From Lama glama (Eukaryota), in contig CM052818.1 in assembly GCA_028534125.1 (NCBI GenBank), positions 4,528,001 through 4,592,000 of the forward strand: 64,000 bases of DNA, in the 5' to 3' direction. Shown piece after piece: positions 12,449 to 25,398 of this stretch (positions within the stretch are counted from its first letter, which is position 1; each line of letters begins with the position of its first letter). The translations under genes were made by a program, and so were the position numbers. Under the pieces are notes generated by a model. It saw only the letters and a program-made list of their open reading frames with translations. It had not been told where the DNA came from and did no database searches.

Positions 12449-12740
12449 GGGGGAGGGGGAGGATACAGCTCATGGGTAGAGGACATGCTTAGCAGGGACA
12501 ACATCCTGGGTTCCATCCCCAGTACTGCCATTTAAAATAAATAAATGAATAAATAAACCTAATTACCTCCCCCTGCAAAAACACAAAAAATTAGGAAAAG
12601 GACGAACAGGGAGGTGATAGAGCTCATGCTCAATGGTAGAGCACATGTTTAGCAGGTGAGGTCCTGGGTTCAATCTCTGGTACGCCATTTAAAAAAAAAA
12701 AGACAAACAAACATAAAAAACCCAAAAAACCAAAAAACCA
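12449..12740 (+). mobile_element. Two vic-1-like SINEs; the second (12609-12700) lies in the A-tail of the first
   Basis: Two tRNA heads (agctcatgggtagag...ggttccatcccc and gctcaatggtagag...ggttcaatctc) with A-rich tails. Confidence 0.8.
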
Positions 12741-13439
12741 GATTCCTCTACATTGGAATTAAAGAAACACACATCAAGGACGCTTGCTAATGAAAGTGTG
12801 AAATTTCCGCTACCGGCCCTGTAAGGCAAGGTGAAGCAAACAACCACGCAACACTCTACCCATCTTTCCTGTTAAATACTTAGTTTCTGAACGTGGGGAA
12901 TGATTAATGTTGTTGATGGGATTAAGCCAATTTTGGTAATTTGGATTTCCAAGCCCATTATCTCTTGTATCCTGATGCAACTATTTCACCCTAGGGACAC
13001 GGGTTTTGCGGAAGATTTACCCCAAAATGGGGCCCTTTCCACGGAGCTATTTATTTTCCAATTAGCAGAAGTCACAGCATAGAGCAAGTCCAAAATAGCG
13101 CAAATTACCACAAATGCCTCTGCTCAAACACCTCCAGTCTTGTTTGAGTCCAGGATACTTGTTTCCACGTTTTTGTTTATTTTGTTAGCATAAACAGGTT
13201 TTTGAGTTTATTTGGATAATTTTTTTTTTCACTTTCAACGTTCTTTTTGCCTATAGGGGCTTAGCTTTTCTTTGGAAAAGGGCAGGACTCAGCACCTCTT
13301 CAAATATTCATTGTGATGTAGAATCCTATAAATTAATCTGTGTGATAAGGGCTGTTGCGGTTTGAGTTTCCAGCATGGGCATTCCGGGTTCCCATCATAT
13401 TGAAGACACTGGGGTTGACCTGCAGTCTTTGCTTGGTTA

Positions 13440-14232
13440 TTCCCCGGAAGGTCTTGGCTTTGCCTCTCGTGAGGCTTTCCTCTGAATTCATCCTTTGGTT
13501 GGCTTTTGTCTCTACTTACTGGGAGGGAGCCTCAATGTTACTGGAATTTCTCAAGTGGTAGGAGTGTCTTTGATGATCATGGTGGGCCCTTCAGACCTCT
13601 CTGGAGTTTATGCTAATGAGGTGACTCACGACGGGTCCCTGGAGAGTTTCAGGATGAGGGTAGGCCCAGCTGGAAAGATCAACCATGTGATTAGAGGGTT
13701 GGGGTTCTGAGCCAGGCCATATAAGTAGCATATTAGCCTCCCTCCAGTGAGGGAGGAGAACTGGAGATGGAGTTCAGTAATGAGGCCAGTGATTAAGTCA
13801 CTCCTGTCTATGCAATGAAACCCCAATAAAAACTCTGAACACCTGGACCTCGGGTGACTTCCCTGTTGCTGATACACATGGATGTGCTGGGAGGGTGCTC
13901 TGTCTTGAGGGCACAAAGTGCTTGTAGCTGAGACCCTCTCTGATCTTGCCCTATGTGTCTCTTCATGTGGCCGGTCCTGATTTGGATCCTTTATAATAAA
14001 ACTGTCATCATAACACTTTCCTGGCTTCTGTCAGTTGATTCTAGTGAGTTATTGAGCCTGAGAAGGTAGTAGAAACCTCCAAACTTGTGGCCAGTTTGTC
14101 AGAAATGCAGTGGCTAGAAAACCCAGGAGCTTGGGCTGATGTCTGAGGTGAGGGGAGTCTGCTGAGAACTGTGTCCTTAGCCTGGGAAATCTGATCTGCC
14201 TCGGGGTAGTTAGGGTCAGAACTGCATTGCAA
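13440..14232 (+). mobile_element. MER21-like LTR
   Basis: atgctaatgaggtgactca, aaccatgtgattagagggttgg, aatgaaaccccaataaaaactctg, atcctttataataaaact and end gtcagaactgcattg. Confidence 0.75.
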
Positions 14233-16674
14233 TGAGGACTTAATTTTTTAATATCTTTAATAGAAGTGGAAGAATTTCTTATGTGTACATAAGAACCCAT
14301 GAGAACACATAACCTGGTCAGTTGTCCAAATGATTTTCCTCTTGAGATTGTTTTTATGGTAGATTTCCAGGTCCAAATAAACAGTTTTGTTCTGTTTGGT
14401 TTTTTCAGTATATTGAAATGCAGTGTGACAGTCTATTAAAGGCATTATTTAATCCAGCCATTGTTTCAACAGGTTTGGGCTTATAACTAGCTAGGTTATT
14501 TTTAGTTCTTACATAGAAATGAAATGATGAGGTCTTTTAAACAACCACTTGCAGAACTTGGACACTAAAGGCCTAAGAGATGAGAACACCACAGAACCAC
14601 AGAGAAAAACAGGACATGTTGCTGAAGGTCCCCTAGTGACAAAGATGCAAGGGTGGTACCGAGGTGGACACATCAACTTGCTTTGGAAACTTCAGAGGAG
14701 GAGAGACAAGTACTGCAAAGCATCTTCATGTTTCTCACCATATAGAGTCTTAGAAGCCTTATCATATATAGTAGATGCTCAATAAATGAGATGCCATGGG
14801 TAAGGCCCTTAGAGGTTATGTGAGCCTTGATGGGCATCCATGTGTAAGATTCTGGTTGCTTGCCGGTAGGTACTTTATGTAGTTTATTAAACTTCAAGGA
14901 CTGGCAGCTGGGAGACAGGGATTATGCTTCTGAAACATGTATTTACATTTTCTGTTTCAAATTAGTGCTTTAAGTATTGAGACTTCCAACATGGCCCCCG
15001 TCTCAATGGGTAGTGAGTACAGGGCAAAGTCAAGTCTTTCTTTCTATTGAGAAGGTCCCTTCCTACCCCTTGAAGAACAGTGAAGAAATCCTGAGTAGAG
15101 AGGGTTTTGCTGGGACCAAGACAGAGCAACTATCAAATGTGAGAGGTGGAAAAAAAAGTTCAAATCCGAATACTTACTAAATGGTGAACACACTCATTTA
15201 AGGTCAGAAGGATCTTACGGCTTTCCTTTATTTTTTTCTCCTTAAAAATGACATCCCCGTTTAATTACAGAATTATTAATTTTAAAAAGGAGCCGATATT
15301 GGAAATGGTAGCCTGAAACTGTTTATCTGTTGCTTATATTAAAAAAAAATAGCATAGTATGATGACTCCCCATGTGCTCATCATGTAGTTGTGTGAACTT
15401 CAGCCATGAGGTCTGAAGCCATGTTGCCCTAGGAAGCAAAGACAAATGGAAAAGTGTTCACTGAAATAGGAAAGATGAGATCCTTTGTGAAGAAATGAGA
15501 CACTCCAACATTTCTTCAGGTGTGTCTCTCTCCTGTTTGAATCAGCTATGCTGTTTCCTAGCCTTCAAAAGGCAGTTGTGAAACTCCTTTAAATGTGGCT
15601 CTCGCTTCTCGGTGGTCCACTGACTTCAGTGAGAGCTTTCCCAGCTACTCCTCCCTGGAGGGGGTGAGAGAGAGGAACCAGGGGACAAGTTGGGAGACAG
15701 AGCTTTAGAATTTTCCTTCAGCCTCAGAGGATCTGCTGGGGCAAACAAAAGAAATGATTCATCCCCAACTACGGAACAAGAAGAAACTCCAGGTTAAGGT
15801 GTGTTTAATGGCGCTGTTAACCCTGAGTGAGCAACAGCCGGAAACACTTGCATTTTCACCCTCAGGGCTGGCTCACCCACTGGGCATGTGAGGTTGTCAT
15901 CATGGCCTCATAAAACACACCCAATTGTCTCTTATTCCTTAATTAACATCTTGTAAAGTTGATAATATGATTCTGATGGAAGCAAATCAGAAATGAGTTG
16001 GCACTTTTATCTGCAGACACCAAAGCTTCCTAGGGAGCTTATGGAATAGTGAGTAGGAAGGGAATACACGAAGACAAAGCACAAATACTGTTATCAGGAG
16101 CTCCTTTAAACCTTTAAAGAAGAAAATGACAAAGTAAATGCAAATGTGTGCTGTCAACGGGAAGGAATCTTAGCTCTACGATCCTTTAATCAGTTTCAGC
16201 TCCTTAGCATAAGACTGGCTGTGTATAGAATGTCCGTGTCCTGCCTGTGTTTTCCCCTAGGAATTTTGAGTATGTGGTCTTAACAGTAGAGATGGTGATG
16301 GCATCAATGGCTCATCCTCTAGGAACACCTACTCTGGGTTTCAAGGTAGAAAAGTCTCACCATCTGGGCATTCTCTGGCATGCAACTGGCAGCAATACTC
16401 AGGCACGCACCTGGAAGGCTTAAATGTTGGAATCAGGAGTCATAGGAGAAAAAAGTGCTGTAAAGGAAAAGAACAGGGGAGTACAGTGGAGGCAAAAAGA
16501 AGAGGGGAAGGTGCTCCTAAAGGTAAATTTGAAAGTAAGCATCATACGAGGGGGGACTTTGTTCACTGCTCTACCTAGAATGTGTAGAATAGAGTCTAGT
16601 ATTTAATAGGGACTTGGTAAATATTCGTTGAATAAATTACGGGATTGCAGGGCTACTGTGGTATTGATGGTTAG

Positions 16675-17092
16675 ATGTATGGTGGTTCAGGAGGTGTGCC
16701 CCTCAGATCTCCCTTTAAGAAGGAATTAACCATTTGGTTGCAGAAGTGCAGTTAACTGAGAGCTGCCAGCTGGCAGCAACTCTAGGCTCTGTCTCATTCT
16801 TTAAGCTGAAGCCATGCTCTTGCCAATAACTGAACACAGAGGTAAAGGTGGGTGCTAGTGTCTGGCTATTTCTGCCCCGTGTGGTCTGCTCTGAGGGGCA
16901 CTCTTTGCTGTGGAACTCACCTTTGGGTTGGTGAGAGACTGTCAGATGTCCATCATGGTCTGAGGCTTTCTGCTCAATCCTGTTTCCTTCCTCTTTATCT
17001 TTCAGAGACATTCCTACATCCCCCACACTCCCAAACACCTTGTGCTCCTAACTCCATTTCAGTGTTTGCTTCCCAAGGACCTAAACAACACA
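16675..17092 (+). mobile_element. LTR16-like ERVL LTR
   Basis: gcccaatcctg-like segment (gctcaatcctgtttccttcc) and end ctaactccatttcagtgtttgcttccc...aacaca. Confidence 0.6.
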
Positions 17093-17237
17093 AGATGTGA
17101 CAATTTGCCTTGAAGCCTCATTCTCACTTTGGTGCAGGATGAACGGTCAGGTTCTGAGTTATTCTGATATTCTGATATTTCAGTCCTCCCAGGTCTCAAT
17201 AGTCTTTGTGGTAAGTTTAAGCAACAACTCTCAAGGA

Positions 17238-17900
17238 CAGTGCTACTCAAAGTGTAGTCTGTGAACTTGTGCCAAACCTTGAATTATTTATCATTACCTG
17301 TCCACAATGAATGCAGAAATTGAGAATAATCATTAAAAAGCTTTAGGACCATATAGCATCACTCCAACAACCAAGATCAGTGAATTGGGTTTCTAGAATA
17401 GTGTATAGCTTAGTTTGCATGTTGTTGAACTCACATTGTGAGTTGCACGTTGTGTGAATTGTGTACTGGTCATGCATAGTAGGACCGTATTGCAACTTGT
17501 GGTATTTTAAGGTTAGTTTGTGATTGTGACTCTAGCAATGTATAAAATTTGGAATCCATTTCTTTCATTAAGAGATAATTTAATTATAAGGATAACTTTA
17601 AAGGATAAATTGTTGGAACTGACGATGACGGATTGAAGAATTCTGAAAATGTCATCATTGGTTTTATTCTAGATAAAAGTTAAAAAATGAATATTCTTAG
17701 CTTGCAGCAATTGCTATGAAAATTCCTCTTCCCATCAACTTCCCTTTGTGAGACTAGTTTCTCTACTGAGTGTGAAAACAAAACAGAGGAACAGTTTAGA
17801 CACCACCCTCAACCAGAAACCTTGTCTTTAATCCCACTAGATTATAGTAGCAAACCAGAAAAGCTCATTTGCCCTTAAAACATTTTAGCTATTGACACAC
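17238..17900 (+). mobile_element. hAT-Charlie (Charlie2-like) remnant with a transposase C-terminal fossil
   Basis: TIR-like cagtgctactcaaagtg. Region ~17670-17800 translates with frameshifts to IKVK..EY..LAAIAMK..PSTSLCETSFST..KTKQRNSLD, a hAT dimerization-domain motif. Confidence 0.7.
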
Positions 17901-18409
17901 ACGGTGTTTGTTCAAAGTGCTTCGATAGGCATTTAATACATGGAATCGCTTTTTCATGCGTAACTTTTTGTTAAATTACAATTGGGGAATAATGAAGTCA
18001 GGAATGTAGAACGGATACTCTTAGTCGTTCAATGAACACTACGTACAGCCTTCGCAATTTTTCTCATGTTACTTTTGATTGTATTTATTGAAATGTAGTT
18101 TTATGTTTATTGAAATAATTAGAAATCTGGGCTTGCATTTTGCCTATTCTCCCCTCACCCCATTTTCCAGCCAATTCATTTTTAATGTATTTTACAAAGA
18201 ATCTCTTAGCGGTGGATTGGAAAACTATAGAACCCGTCCTTTCACCAGAAATAATTTGGGAAACTGGTTTGGAGGCCAATTTTGAGGCGGACATTGGGAG
18301 TGTAGAAGAACCTGGGCCCTGGAATGAATTTCAGGGAACGTAAAAACCTGAACAAAGCTTTAGTAACGAACTTTTTCTTTCTGGTTAAATACGCTCAATT
18401 TGTATTACA

Positions 18410-18975
18410 GTGGGCGCCGGCCAAATACAATTCCAGAAAAACGCGCCCGCAGCCCGCGCCAGCTTCTTCTCACAGCTTCGGCCCGAGGCGTTTGAGAGGA
18501 CCGCCTCTGAGGGCGGAAGGAAAAGGGGCGGAGGGGCGGGGCGAGCGGCGTGAGGTCATCGGAGAGCGCCGCTCGCGCCGCGGAGAGAGCCGGCGCGCCA
18601 TTGACGTCACCGCCGCCGACCGCTTTCCGGGAGGCAGGAGTGGAAGGCCCGCAAGGTATTATTATTCAGAGCTGGCGTTCGGGTTTTTCTCGTGCTTCTG
18701 TCTAAGTCCGCTTCTCCTGGGACACCCCTCACCCTGTAACCCCTCCCGCTGACTGTGAGGAGCGGGGCCGGCCTGCGCAGCCTTCCGCGAATGCGAGCGT
18801 TGGGGCAGCGTCGTTGCGGGACCCCTATTTCCGCTTGTCTGTGGCTGCTTGCTGGCTTCGGCCTACCTTGGCCGCTCACGCCTCTCCGCGTCCGGCCTTT
18901 CGCTTTTTCTTCGCTTCTTAGCTCCGCCTTTCAACTATTGGAGGGCGGAGAGATTGAAAGCACGTGACTTCACGG
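18410..18975 (+). promoter_or_regulatory. C1D: CpG-island promoter of C1D
   Basis: Dense CpG; GC boxes ggggcggaggggcggg (~18524-18541); YY1-like cgccatt abutting a perfect CRE TGACGTCA (18602-18609); ETS-type ttccgg (18625-18630); E-box CACGTG (18961-18966). Confidence 0.9.
18623..18655 (+). other. C1D: C1D non-coding exon 1 (5' UTR); start approximate
   Basis: ctttccgggaggcaggagtggaaggcccgcaag|gtatt resembles the mammalian C1D mRNA 5' end as I recall it; donor AAG|GTATT. Confidence 0.75.
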
Positions 18976-20619
18976 TTAATTTTCAGTTGCCTTCAAACCT
19001 TGTTGCGGGAGGAAGGCCAAAGTGGAAGGTGTAGAGGTGTAGCTTTCCAATGCCATCCACGTTTATCGTTCACGAACATGACGACGGACTGTCTGCCGCT
19101 GCAGTATTACCACCCCCCTCCCCCCCGAGGTGATAGGTTGATTTAGACCTTAAGGCGAAATCTAATGGAATCTCAAAAAAATGGTTTTTCTTTGTGGCCC
19201 GGTAAAGTTTAGTGTAACTCACACTTGTGTTTGAAAAGATCTTTCGTGTCTTGCTGTTTGTTGACTGCAGTTCAATTTTGGCTTGATAAAGATGTATCGG
19301 TCCCAGTGAGATGTTTGCTACTATTAATCTGTTTGGACTGCCTTATAGAAGACTGGTCTGAGACTTAATCGTATGTTGACTCTGGATCCGAAAATAACCA
19401 AATAATTCCCTGTTGAAATTCCAAGAATCGTTTGTGACTGGTGGAAATGAGAGAACTCAATTATTTTATTGAAAGATAAGATAATGGTAGTGTGAACAAT
19501 GGTTTTTCAAAATAATCCAAAGAATTTTGAGTTGAAAGGTGTTATAGCTGCCTTCAAATAGTTATGTTGTATGTATCACAGTTCAGAGGTGATAAAAATT
19601 TTCATAACTGCTTTAAATGTTTCAAATGACTCTTCACAATGTGTTATCTCAGCTACTGTTTCCGGACAGTTGACCCTTCAAGTGTGGCTCTAAATAGTCC
19701 CCAGTGGGTTAGGGTGTTTGATCATTTTCACTTTAGTAAAATAATAACAAATATTACTAGCTAATGTATTGAGTTCTGAGCCAGGCCTTCTAAAAACTTT
19801 ACCAAAGTTACTCATTTAACCTGCATCATAGCCCTGAGATGAGATGAGAATATTGTCACCAGCAAATTCCATGGTTTGGAAGGTAACCATTTTGCTGCAT
19901 CATATCTATAATTTTGAAAACTCTTCAGATTAAATATTAGAATTAAACATCAGAAGTAATTTCATTGTGTTCTGATGTAATTACTCATCTCAATCTTGAG
20001 CAACCTCTTTGTAGTTTATATCTTTTTCTATGATCAGACTTTGGGGTAAGTTTGTGTTTTAGAGGCTAACATCTTTAAAAGGAAGAAGTCCATCTTTTCT
20101 CTGGGACTTTAAGTCTGAAGGAGAGTTAACAGGTAACACTAACATGGACTATCTGCCAAAGAGCAGTATTTATTGAGAGACTGTTGTGTGTATGTTCCAC
20201 TATTTTTTAAGGTAATGCAGTGCAAAATTCATTACATTAATAGAATTCTGGTGCAACATCTGCAGATGTCTCTCTAGTTCTCTGCAAAATTATATATTTG
20301 ATTTGTTCCCTGGCTTAGTTCAAAATTGTATATAACTCTACTTAGCATAGGGATGGGAACAGGTCCAGGATGTACATTATTGTATAAATTTCTTTTGGAC
20401 CCAAATGGTGACTTCCTAATATCTGTTAAGTCCAAACTGTAATCTGATATTGAGATTCTCCAAAATTTGGTTCCAGTTTACTTTCACTGGTTTCAATTAG
20501 TGAGTAAATAGTTACTAAGTACCTAATATATGGCAAGACTTGATGTTAGTCATGTGGAGATACAAATGTCATACAACATGAATCCTCCTTTGAAGGAACA
20601 GTCCAGTGGGTAAATAACC

Positions 20620-21360
20620 AGTGGAAAGTTCTGAGCAGAGGAGTGACATGGTCTGACTTAGGTTTTTAACAGAATCGCTCTGCCTGCTGTGTTAAGAGCA
20701 GATTGTTGGCAAGGAGGGTAGGACAACGCCAGAAGACTAATTAGGAAGGTGTTGTAATAAGTCAGATGAGACGATAGTGGCTTCACAGTTGGAAAGAAGT
20801 GACTGTGGTGAGTTGCAGTTCAGTTTTGGGTGTATTTTGTAGGTGATGCTAAGAGATTTGCTTGTGATTGAATGTGGGTTGTAAAAGTAAGATAATTGTC
20901 AGTGGGGCTTGAGCAACGAGAAGGGTGGAGGTGTCATTAACTGAAAAGAGGCTTACTATGGGAGGAGTAGGTTTGTGAGGGAGGATTGGGAGTACAGGTA
21001 TGACGTGTTAAGTTGGAGATGTCTGTTAGTTGTCCCAGTGGAGATGTTGAGTTGGCATTTGAGTCTACCAAGTCTGGAGTTCAGTAGGGAAGTCTTTGCC
21101 TGAAAAGAACATTTGGGAATTGTCAGTGAACAAGGTGGTCAGGAAACTGGAGACAGTCACCAAAGAAGTGAATGTAAGTAGAAAAGGGAAGCAGCACAAG
21201 ATCTGGTACTTGGGCATTTAGCCTTTATAGGTTTGGGGAGATGAAGACCCAGCAAAGGAGACAGAATGAACATCTCATGAGGCATGAGGACAATTTGAAG
21301 AGTCTAGCATTGTGGAATTCATGGTGGAGTAATGTGTTCACTGTTGGATGCAGTTTATGG
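20620..21360 (-). mobile_element. L2 LINE fragment
   Basis: gagcagaggagtgacatggtctgactta, aagtggagatgt-like and ggagttcag...ggga motifs typical of L2. Confidence 0.7.
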
Positions 21361-22499
21361 ATCAAATGAAGGATTGACGCCTTTGGATTTATCAAGATAC
21401 AAGAGGAGTGTTATTGATGGTTAAATGATTACTAAACCTGGAGGATCTTGGGAGCCAAAGAGGAAGAAGAGATTACTTTTGTTTGGGACATATGGAAGCC
21501 TTTATAGAGGAGGGGGCATCTGATGTGGGTTGTAAAGGATTAACAGGTTTTACTAGGCCCAGAAGACAAGGGAGAGGTGTGGGGAGGGGGTATTCCAAGC
21601 AGAGGAAAAAGGCTTGCTTCTTCTCCTTCAAGGCCATACCTCCCAGTCAGTTGTCTTAAAGATGCTTTTGCAAATCCTTTCCTTTGTGTCCATTAGCCAG
21701 TTCCTCATTCTGAATTATCATTCTTGCTCCAGGCCTACTGAACACTGCTGAAAAAAATTCACTAAAGACCCAAATTAATGCTACCCAACTCCAACTGGGT
21801 CCTCTCGGTTGTCTGACAGTTCCTTCATTTATCCCTACCCTCTTCCTAACACATACCCTACGATGCCATGTAAATGAATACCATTTACTCAGTGTTTACT
21901 CCATGCCAGGCACGAAGGAGTCATTTACTTAATAGATAACCTATTTAGTTAGCGCCTATAACATGCTGCTCTGATACTTGGAATGTAAGTGAGCAAAGAC
22001 TTGCCCTGCACCAAGGTGCTTACAGTCTAGCGTGGATGACGGACATTAATCGAATAATCACAGACGCATAAATTACAACAGTGACGTGGAGCAATACATG
22101 GTGCTGTGAGACTGTGTAACTAGTGGATGTGACTTAATCTGAGGCAAGAGGAGCTGCTTCCTTGAGAAAGCATTGTTGATGAGGGAGCTGAGTGAAGTGG
22201 GCAGAAAACGGTGGTGGCAGGGAGTCCTCACAGCATAGTTCTAGGAGGAGTTTCCAGGGAGAGAATGAGGCTAGAAAGGCTTTTGTAGCATGAGACTAGG
22301 GGGAAAATGGCCTTATGGTGGCTAGGAAATTTAGGTGTAGAGGAGGCAGTCCATTCATATAGTTCTTTGAATATATAATGGAGCTAAAGAATATAGGTTT
22401 GACTGTAGCTGGTAAGTTGGGGGAAATGACATTTTATCTGGCATATTTGGGAATAAAGTAAATTTCAGAACTTCAGACAATTGAAAATTTTATTTATAA

Positions 22500-23480
22500 A
22501 TTTATCACTGTGATATGTTACAGATATTATTGTTTAAAAATCCTGATTCTGAGAGTGTACCATAAAATGTGCTCCTTTACCTTCCTGCTTTTTCATTTCC
22601 CAGCAGTAACCACAGTTGTTTCTTCTGTATCCTTTAAGAAACTCACATGCCTATATGAGTACGCCTCCATATTCCTATTATCTTTTTTCTTAGAAACAAA
22701 TGGTTTGTATTCTATATGTTGTTTTTCAGTTTTTGTTCACTTAATGTATCTTAGGAATTGAAGCTCTCCTTCATATTTTTCTCTGCTGCAGAGTATTTTA
22801 TTGATTGGACATATCTAAAGTTATTGAAGTCGTCCTTGCCAAAGGACATGTTGGTTGTTCCCTGCTTTAAGGTGTGTTTTAAAGAGTGTTGCAGTGGACG
22901 TCCTTGAACGTTGTCTTGTGTGAAAATGAACATTTTGAGAAGTAAAATAGCTAGGGCAGAGAATTTGTGCATAGACAATTTTAAAGCATAGTGCCAAATT
23001 GCCCCCTAGAATGCTCAGTTTACACTCCAGTTAATGGTGAATGAGAGGCTGTTTCTCCTCACCTTTGCCCATATTAAGTTCTATCAATCTTGATTTTTGC
23101 TTATTTGACAGGTGAAAAATGGCATCTTGTTCTGGCGATTTATGTTTCTTTAATTATGAGTAAGATTGATGCTTATTGGTCATCTGGATTCCTTCATATG
23201 CAAGCTGTTGATTTTCTTTGTTCATTTTTCTTTTGGGTTGTAGATATTATTATTATTTTTTTAATGAAGGTACTGGGGGTAGAACCCAGGGCCTCGGGCA
23301 TGCTAAGCACGCGCTCTGCCAGTGAGCTAGACCCTCCCCCTGTGGGTTGTAGGTGTTCTTGTGTGCTGTTAAGTTGCCTTGTAGAGGCTCCTTTTATCTG
23401 TATGTTGCAGCTGTTTCCCCCTAGTTTTTCATTTGACTTTAGACTTGGTTTGTTTGCTTATTTATTTTTGCAGGCTTACA
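22500..23480 (-). mobile_element. Old L1M(E) fragment, interrupted by a SINE
   Basis: tgccaaattgccc...tttacactcc...tttgacaggtgaaaaatggcatcttg...tctttaattatgagt. Confidence 0.6.
23248..23340 (-). mobile_element. vic-1-like SINE (short form)
   Basis: aatgaaggtactggggg...gagctagaccctccccc; TSD tgggttgtag on both sides. Confidence 0.85.
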
Positions 23481-24796
23481 TTTTAATAAGGGCCAGGTAA
23501 AGATATAAGGTATCAGGATTTTTTTTTTTTTTGAAGGAAATTTGTGAGGTTATGGAAGTGATTAGACACTCTGGAATGTCAGCCTTTGTCAGAAATGTTA
23601 GTACAAACCTTGTTTGAGGCCACAAGCTCTGTCTTGTTTTTATAAGTTGATCAGCAACTATCACGGAGATCTGGTGAACACCTAGCAACCTACCTTCCCC
23701 TCACCCCCAGTTTTATTTGGGATGGAAATGAGGCGTAGTTGAGGATTTTAGACTATAATTTCTACTTAAGTGTTCCCCAGTTTATGAACTGGGTTATATT
23801 TTACAAGTTAAATTGTGGGTTGATGATCTAATTTCACTGTAGAAATAAAGTACATGGCTTTTTATCTTTGTTCTCAAAGTGGGATGAACCCTTAAGGGCT
23901 AGCTTTTTTTAGAAAGGTAAATTCAACATGTCCTGTACTTTTACCTTTATGTGCATCGGTATACATCCTTAAATGATGGGGGCAATTTCTTATGTAACTA
24001 TAATGCCATTTTCATAGTTGAATTCTAATTTCATAGCAAAATTATCAGTAATTTCTCAGTGTCATCTAATACCCGATCCAAGTTTGGATTTTTTCTTTCA
24101 GAAATATCTTTTTACACTTAGTTGATTTGAATCAAGATCCACACAAAGTCTCCACATTGCATTTCGTTATTAGATCTCAGAGCAGGCCTCTTCTTTCCCT
24201 GCCGCCTCTCCCTTCTCTTGGTTTTTCTTCATGCCGGTTACTTGCTATGGAAGCCCGGTCAGTTGTCCTGGAGGGTGTTTCTCTTCCAGATTCGCCTCTT
24301 TGCTGTCTTGTGGTACTAAGTTGTTTCTCTGTCCTCTGTTTTTCCTATAAATTGAAAGTTAGCTGTAGAGACTCAGTTATATTCAGATTCAGCTTTTTGG
24401 GGGAGTTGGAAATACTACACAGATGGTGCTGGGTACGTCACATTGCCTCACATCAGGAGGTGCGTGGTATGTTTGTGCCCTACTTTTAGTAATGTGAAGA
24501 CTGATCTGTGGGTTCAGGAAGTGACAGTCTCACTCCTCTGCTGTAAACATCTCCTTTTATCTGTCGGTGATCATTGCCCGAATCTGTAATTTCATTAGGG
24601 GCTGCAAAATGGTGATTAAAAAAAAAGTTATCGCTTCTTCCATGTTTGTTAGCTGGAATTTGAACTCTCGTTTTATTACTTGAGAATCTTGACAATCAAC
24701 ACTATCACGACTGTTGTGGAAGAATGCTGTCAGAGCAACAGTTTGTGATGCCAAGGATGTATCTTTCCTTGCTGTAGTTCTGGAAGCTTAAAGGAG

Positions 24797-25201
24797 TGTG
24801 ATGGCCTTTTGCTGTGTCAGCTTGGCTAGGCTGCAGCCCCCAGACATTCAGTCCAGCACCAAACTAGGTGTTGCTGTGAAGGTGTTCAAAAAAGTAATTA
24901 AAACCCACGAACAGCTGCCTTCCTTGCCAGCCTGTTTGGGAGGTTACTCTGGATAATCTGGGTGGGCTTGATTCATGCAGCTAGAAGGCTTTAGAAGCAG
25001 AGCTGAGGCCTCCCTGACGACAAAGACACTCCACCTGTGGACAGCAGTTTCAGCTTGTGGCCAGGAGGTCCAGCATGCCCTTTCTTGCCCGCCTGCCCTG
25101 CAGATTTCAGAATTATTTAGCCAGCCGCACAGTTGCATAAACCCGTTTCTTCAGATTGTCTCCTCCTGGTTCTGCTGCTCTGGTTGAACCCCAGCTGATA
25201 C
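24797..25201 (+). mobile_element. MLT2 (ERVL) solo LTR
   Basis: tgtgatgg...tgtgtcagcttggctaggct...ataatctgggtgggcttgatt...ctggttgaaccccagctgatac. Confidence 0.8.
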
Positions 25202-25284
25202 CAGGAGCCATTTCCTCCACTCTCCTGTTCTCTAACAAGATTGGGTGAGGAGTGGTGGCAAGGCTCAGAGCACATCCTTTTGTT

Positions 25285-25398
25285 TAGGATGATCCTATAG
25301 TTTATTTGCTCAAACTACGGCTTCCGAGAGAGAAGTGGGAAGCTGAGCAGTGGCATAAACTGGGACTGTCTTGGGCAAATTGAGACATTAAGTCATTC
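25285..25398. mobile_element. MER94-like hAT-Blackjack MITE
   Basis: taggatgatcctatagtttat...taaactgggactgtcttgggcaaattgagac. Confidence 0.5.

Noticed and set aside
18324..19146. Overlapping ORFs (up to 142 aa) across the CpG island
   Set aside because: GC-rich promoter DNA lacks stop codons by composition; no recognisable domain.
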